A stretch of 64,000 nucleotides of DNA from NCBI GenBank assembly GCA_034226945.1, contig CP120455.1:496001-560000 (forward strand), given 5' to 3'. Positions 61,147 to 64,000 of the stretch are shown in pieces. The DNA comes from Picochlorum sp. SENEW3 (taxonomy: Eukaryota). A model generated the notes under the pieces. It was not told the DNA's origin and made no database searches. It worked only from the letters and a program-made list of their open reading frames with translations. How positions within the stretch are numbered: the first letter of the stretch is position 1; each line of letters opens with the position of its first letter. The position numbers and the translations under genes are program-made.

Positions 61147-61400
61147 TGTGGAACACCGGAACAGTAGTGGAACAGTTGTGGAACAGTTGTGGAACAGTTG
61201 TATATTTCCCCCTTGGTCTTCAAGTTTCTTTTTTACGTGTAAGCGAGGCATCTATAGGGTATAATTGAAAGAATGTCATAAATGGAACAGTGGAACAGTT
61301 GTTTTCAGGGTTTTTTGCCTATGGGCTTGAGTCATGCAAGACATCCAAAATCTCCCAGAACAAAAAAGTTTGAGAGGTGTTCCACTGTTCCGCTGTTCCA
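61147..61400. repeat. Iteron-like module A: GGAACA x7 forward, TGTTCC x3 reverse
   Basis: GGAACA at 61150, 61158, 61169, 61180, 61191, 61284, 61292; TGTTCC at 61378, 61386, 61394; 80-bp spacer between the inverted clusters. Confidence 0.9.
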
Positions 61401-61874
61401 CCCCGGTTGCCAACCACCCTGAGGTGTGCAAGTAGTCTACCGCTATTAGCCCTTGGTGGATATCTTTTTACAAGTTGAATGCTTTCAATAGTACTCAATG
61501 ACCACTTAATAATCCATTTCCTCTCGAGCGACAGTCGGTGTAGGAAAAAGCATACGAGTGGTGTAACGGTACCGTTGGCGGCTGATCTGCGTACTGCCAA
61601 GTAGAAGTATCACTGGGCCTCGATCTTTATATTCTAAGCATATCACATATATTTACGTGCTTTGCCATAGGGTGATGGCTGCTGGCTGCATATGGAGGTA
61701 ACAAAAAGGCCGACCACAATGGCGTTGACCAGCAACAACGGCAGAGTTCAACTTGATGATATTTCCTGCAGAGGACTGAAGCTCCGTGAAAAGCGGTTTC
61801 AAGGGTTCAATTTCATCATCATAAAACTATCAATAGCGCGTCGGCTATCAGAAACATCGCCGCAGAGGCACAAC

Positions 61875-62213
61875 GTAACTAAAGTAACTAAAGTAACTCT
61901 GTTCTTCTACTGCCTGTTTCCCTGTTGACTGAGGCATGTGGTAGCAACATGTTTCTGAGCTCTAGTCCTGTAGAGTTACTTTAGTTACTTTGTTTTAGAG
62001 TTCAGTAGAAAATGATTGAAAAACATGTTGGACTGTAGTTTCGGACACCCATACCAGAGGCCAGTCACAGACAATGCAAAAACAAAGTAACTGAAGTAAC
62101 TAAAGTAACTCTGCATCATTGGAGTGTAAGCCATCGCATTCCAGTAAATATATGGACTCGAAGACAAAACTTGAAGATATTCGAAGTAACCCCTAAAGTA
62201 ACTTCAAGTAACT
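61875..62213. repeat. Iteron-like module B: GTAAC(T) x9 forward, AGTTAC x2 reverse, with a 20-bp perfect inverted repeat
   Basis: GTAAC at 61875, 61884, 61893, 62087, 62096, 62105, 62186, 62198, 62208; AGTTAC at 61974, 61983; AAAGTAACTAAAGTAACTCT (61881-61900) pairs with 61972-61991. Confidence 0.9.
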
Positions 62214-62414
62214 GCGTCATTGACAGTCCAATATATATCAAACATGCCCATGTTCATGCATCTTTTGGCAGACTTGGATGCATGCATGGACTGTTGAATC
62301 AGTCCAGCATTTTTTGAAACAAGCACGATTGATATTCCGAGTATATGGATATATAGGCTTTGGGAGATGTATGCCAGTATATTGCCATATGGTTCCTTCA
62401 TGTTTTTGTCAAGT

Positions 62415-62804
62415 AGTAGAAATTTGGTGGAATCAGTAAAAGTGGTAAGAGAGTTGATGTGATAGCTGGGCACTTCTACCATTTTTACCATTTCTACCAG
62501 TTTTTTTTCAAAAAGTTTTTTTTTCAGGGATATATATGTTTATATATAACATATAAATGTAGGGACTTTTCCCCCCAAAAGTGGTAAAAGTGGTAGGACT
62601 GAGGCTAACAGGTCACAACAACTGGAACAGCCTGCCTGACACATGTATGTTGCTGGAGTGATAGTTCGGCGATCCATTTTCAAATCTGGTAGCACTCTCA
62701 AAGGAAAAGTCTTTGAAAATTTGATAGAATGCATTGGGTGGCACTCGACTCGAACAGCACATAAAAATCATCCATACCAACAAAATGGTAGGCAAAAGTG
62801 GTAG
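62415..62804. repeat. Iteron-like module C: TACCA x3 facing TGGTA x2 across an AT-rich spacer, plus outlying TGGTA copies
   Basis: TACCA at 62477, 62486, 62495; TGGTA at 62582, 62591, also 62443, 62687, 62786, 62799; 82-bp spacer with T tracts and TATATGTT/AACATATA hairpin. Confidence 0.88.
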
Positions 62805-62900
62805 TCAAATATGAGGATGCATGACACATAATGCCTAGGTTGTGGGTGCCCCTTTTCATCTCCGCACATGACAGTGCTTATATCGTAAACTTTGGCTACT

Positions 62901-64000
62901 TTACACATACCATATAGAATCTTTCATAGCTTTCGTCTTGGCTGCTTGTTGTTGTCTGGCCTTGGATGCTTTGATGTGACTACTACCGTTGTTCCAGGTT
63001 GGCTTGACAGGGCCTGTAGATCGAGCACGCTTTCTCTTCGTAGCGTTAGACATATTCTCGTGTTTTCTTGGCGTTAGCATTGGTTGAAACACGTGTACAT
63101 GCTCAGAGTGCACTGTCCTCCACACCTGATGGCCAACTCCACTCTCAAACCATTCAACCAAGGCATCTGCATGATATATGATGCAATTGTATTGTCAATT
63201 GATGTATTGATGTGGTCCATTACTGTTCATGTAGTCTATTTAATATGATATCACGCACCAGATACACGGAACCCCAGTTGTCTGTACGTTTCCAAGTGAT
63301 TGTACTGATGATCCTGCAATGCTACTGCTACATGTGCAATCTCACATGGGACCAAACAGAGGAAAGGGTCATCGCGATGTACCAGTGACCTCCATTCGCC
63401 ATAATGTTGTTTCGTCGCGTGTTCGCTGTCATTGTTGTATTTGAGACTCGCAGCAGCAATGGAAATCTTAGCTGCTGAATTCCCATTCTCAGCTCCTCCT
63501 CCTGCATCATCTGCATTCCACCCCATCAACGAGACTTCCCCATCATCTGTGGCCCCTTCAATATCTAGAATGGAATCTTGGGAATCTTCTACCGCCAGTG
63601 CAAGGCTAGATGGAGCCAAGGATGATGATGGTGGTGGCACTTTCTTGTCTTCTCCAACTATTTGCACATCCAATTCAGCTGCATCAGATGCAACGTGCTC
63701 CTCTACCGTTGTGCCATTTCCATCCGTAGCGTCCTTGTCGACCTGATCACAAACCTGATTGGTTGGTACATCGGTATCGTCCTTGTCCGCAAGAACGTCA
63801 TTCAACACATCACTGAGGTGTGCTTGAAAAGACTCCTTCAAACCTGGGGAGCCCACAATCTCCACAACCTCTGCAGCAAAGAAAACTCTTTCAGATGCAT
63901 CCATGACAAGTATCACAATGCACCAAAAGGCACGCACCATGCACTTGACCGCTCCTGTTCTGTCTGAGAGCTTTGACCAACAGCACATACTGCCCACCTT
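62901..64000 (-). CDS. Spliced hypothetical gene (5' end outside window), weak resemblance to Crypton/NDC10-II tyrosine-recombinase region; introns 63871-63937 and 63167-63258
   Basis: gtgcgt...tgcag introns restore one frame (..GQVH|EVVEIV...FRVS|DALVEWF..); motif HATKQHYGEWRSLVHRDDPFLC resembles Crypton KTNQ..RH.D..LC. Confidence 0.45.

Larger units (their letters stand above)
59060..62810. mobile_element. Putative tyrosine-recombinase-associated integrative element with att-like site and three iteron/origin-like modules (boundaries approximate)
   Basis: YR gene, 11-8-11 inverted repeat, ~1.8 kb non-coding stretch with three inverted repeat clusters, flanked by truncated genes. Confidence 0.6.

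Noticed and set aside
61147..62213. CRISPR array interpretation of the short repeats
   Set aside because: Repeats are 6-11 bp, tandem or inverted, with no 25-40-bp repeat/unique-spacer periodicity and no cas genes.
61080..62795. Short ORFs (60-97 aa) across the module region
   Set aside because: They are translations of the repeats (VVEQLWNS, VTKVTKVT, SYFSYF) with no recognisable domain; treated as non-coding.
1..64000. tRNA, rRNA, telomeric TTTAGGG arrays, capsid/polB/packaging ATPase genes
   Set aside because: None recognised by eye; tRNAscan-SE, Infernal and HMM searches are needed to exclude them formally.

Overview
Eukaryotic, gene-dense nuclear DNA with short GT-AG introns (donors gtgcgt/gtacgt/gtatgt, acceptors tgcag). 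The gene set (GBSS, class II DAHP synthase, PSB33/TEF5-like, plastid RbgA) points to a compact-genome green alga; Picochlorum-like is my inference, not verified. Bases 1 to ~58,450 are ordinary housekeeping genes: ACX4-like, MRS2, polyprenol reductase, GATA TF, EFR3, RbgA, RRM protein, GBSS, DAHPS, NOP16, MHD protein, PSB33, COX11, sAC-like cyclase, pfkB kinase, ACR, SRP40, DnaJ, VPS34, GT2, SDR, HYOU1/GRP170, SENP8 and CPR. At ~58.46 kb the gene order breaks off inside an OGFOD1/Tpa1 gene and an accessory region begins. It holds an intronless tyrosine recombinase (59716-60918, minus strand; R162/K199/R283/H309/Y318) that resembles virus/PLV-type enzymes. Directly upstream is a loxP-shaped 11-8-11 inverted repeat (61037-61066). 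Next come three non-coding modules centred about 600 bp apart, each made of a DIFFERENT short repeat (GGAACA, GTAACT, TGGTA) arranged as two inverted clusters of 8-9-bp-period repeats flanking a ~75-82 bp spacer, which is the layout of primase-helicase iteron origins. This recombinase + att-like site + array of origin-like modules is the candidate undescribed system. A spliced gene with weak Crypton/NDC10-like motifs follows and runs off the window. All family calls come from motif recognition by eye; no searches were run.
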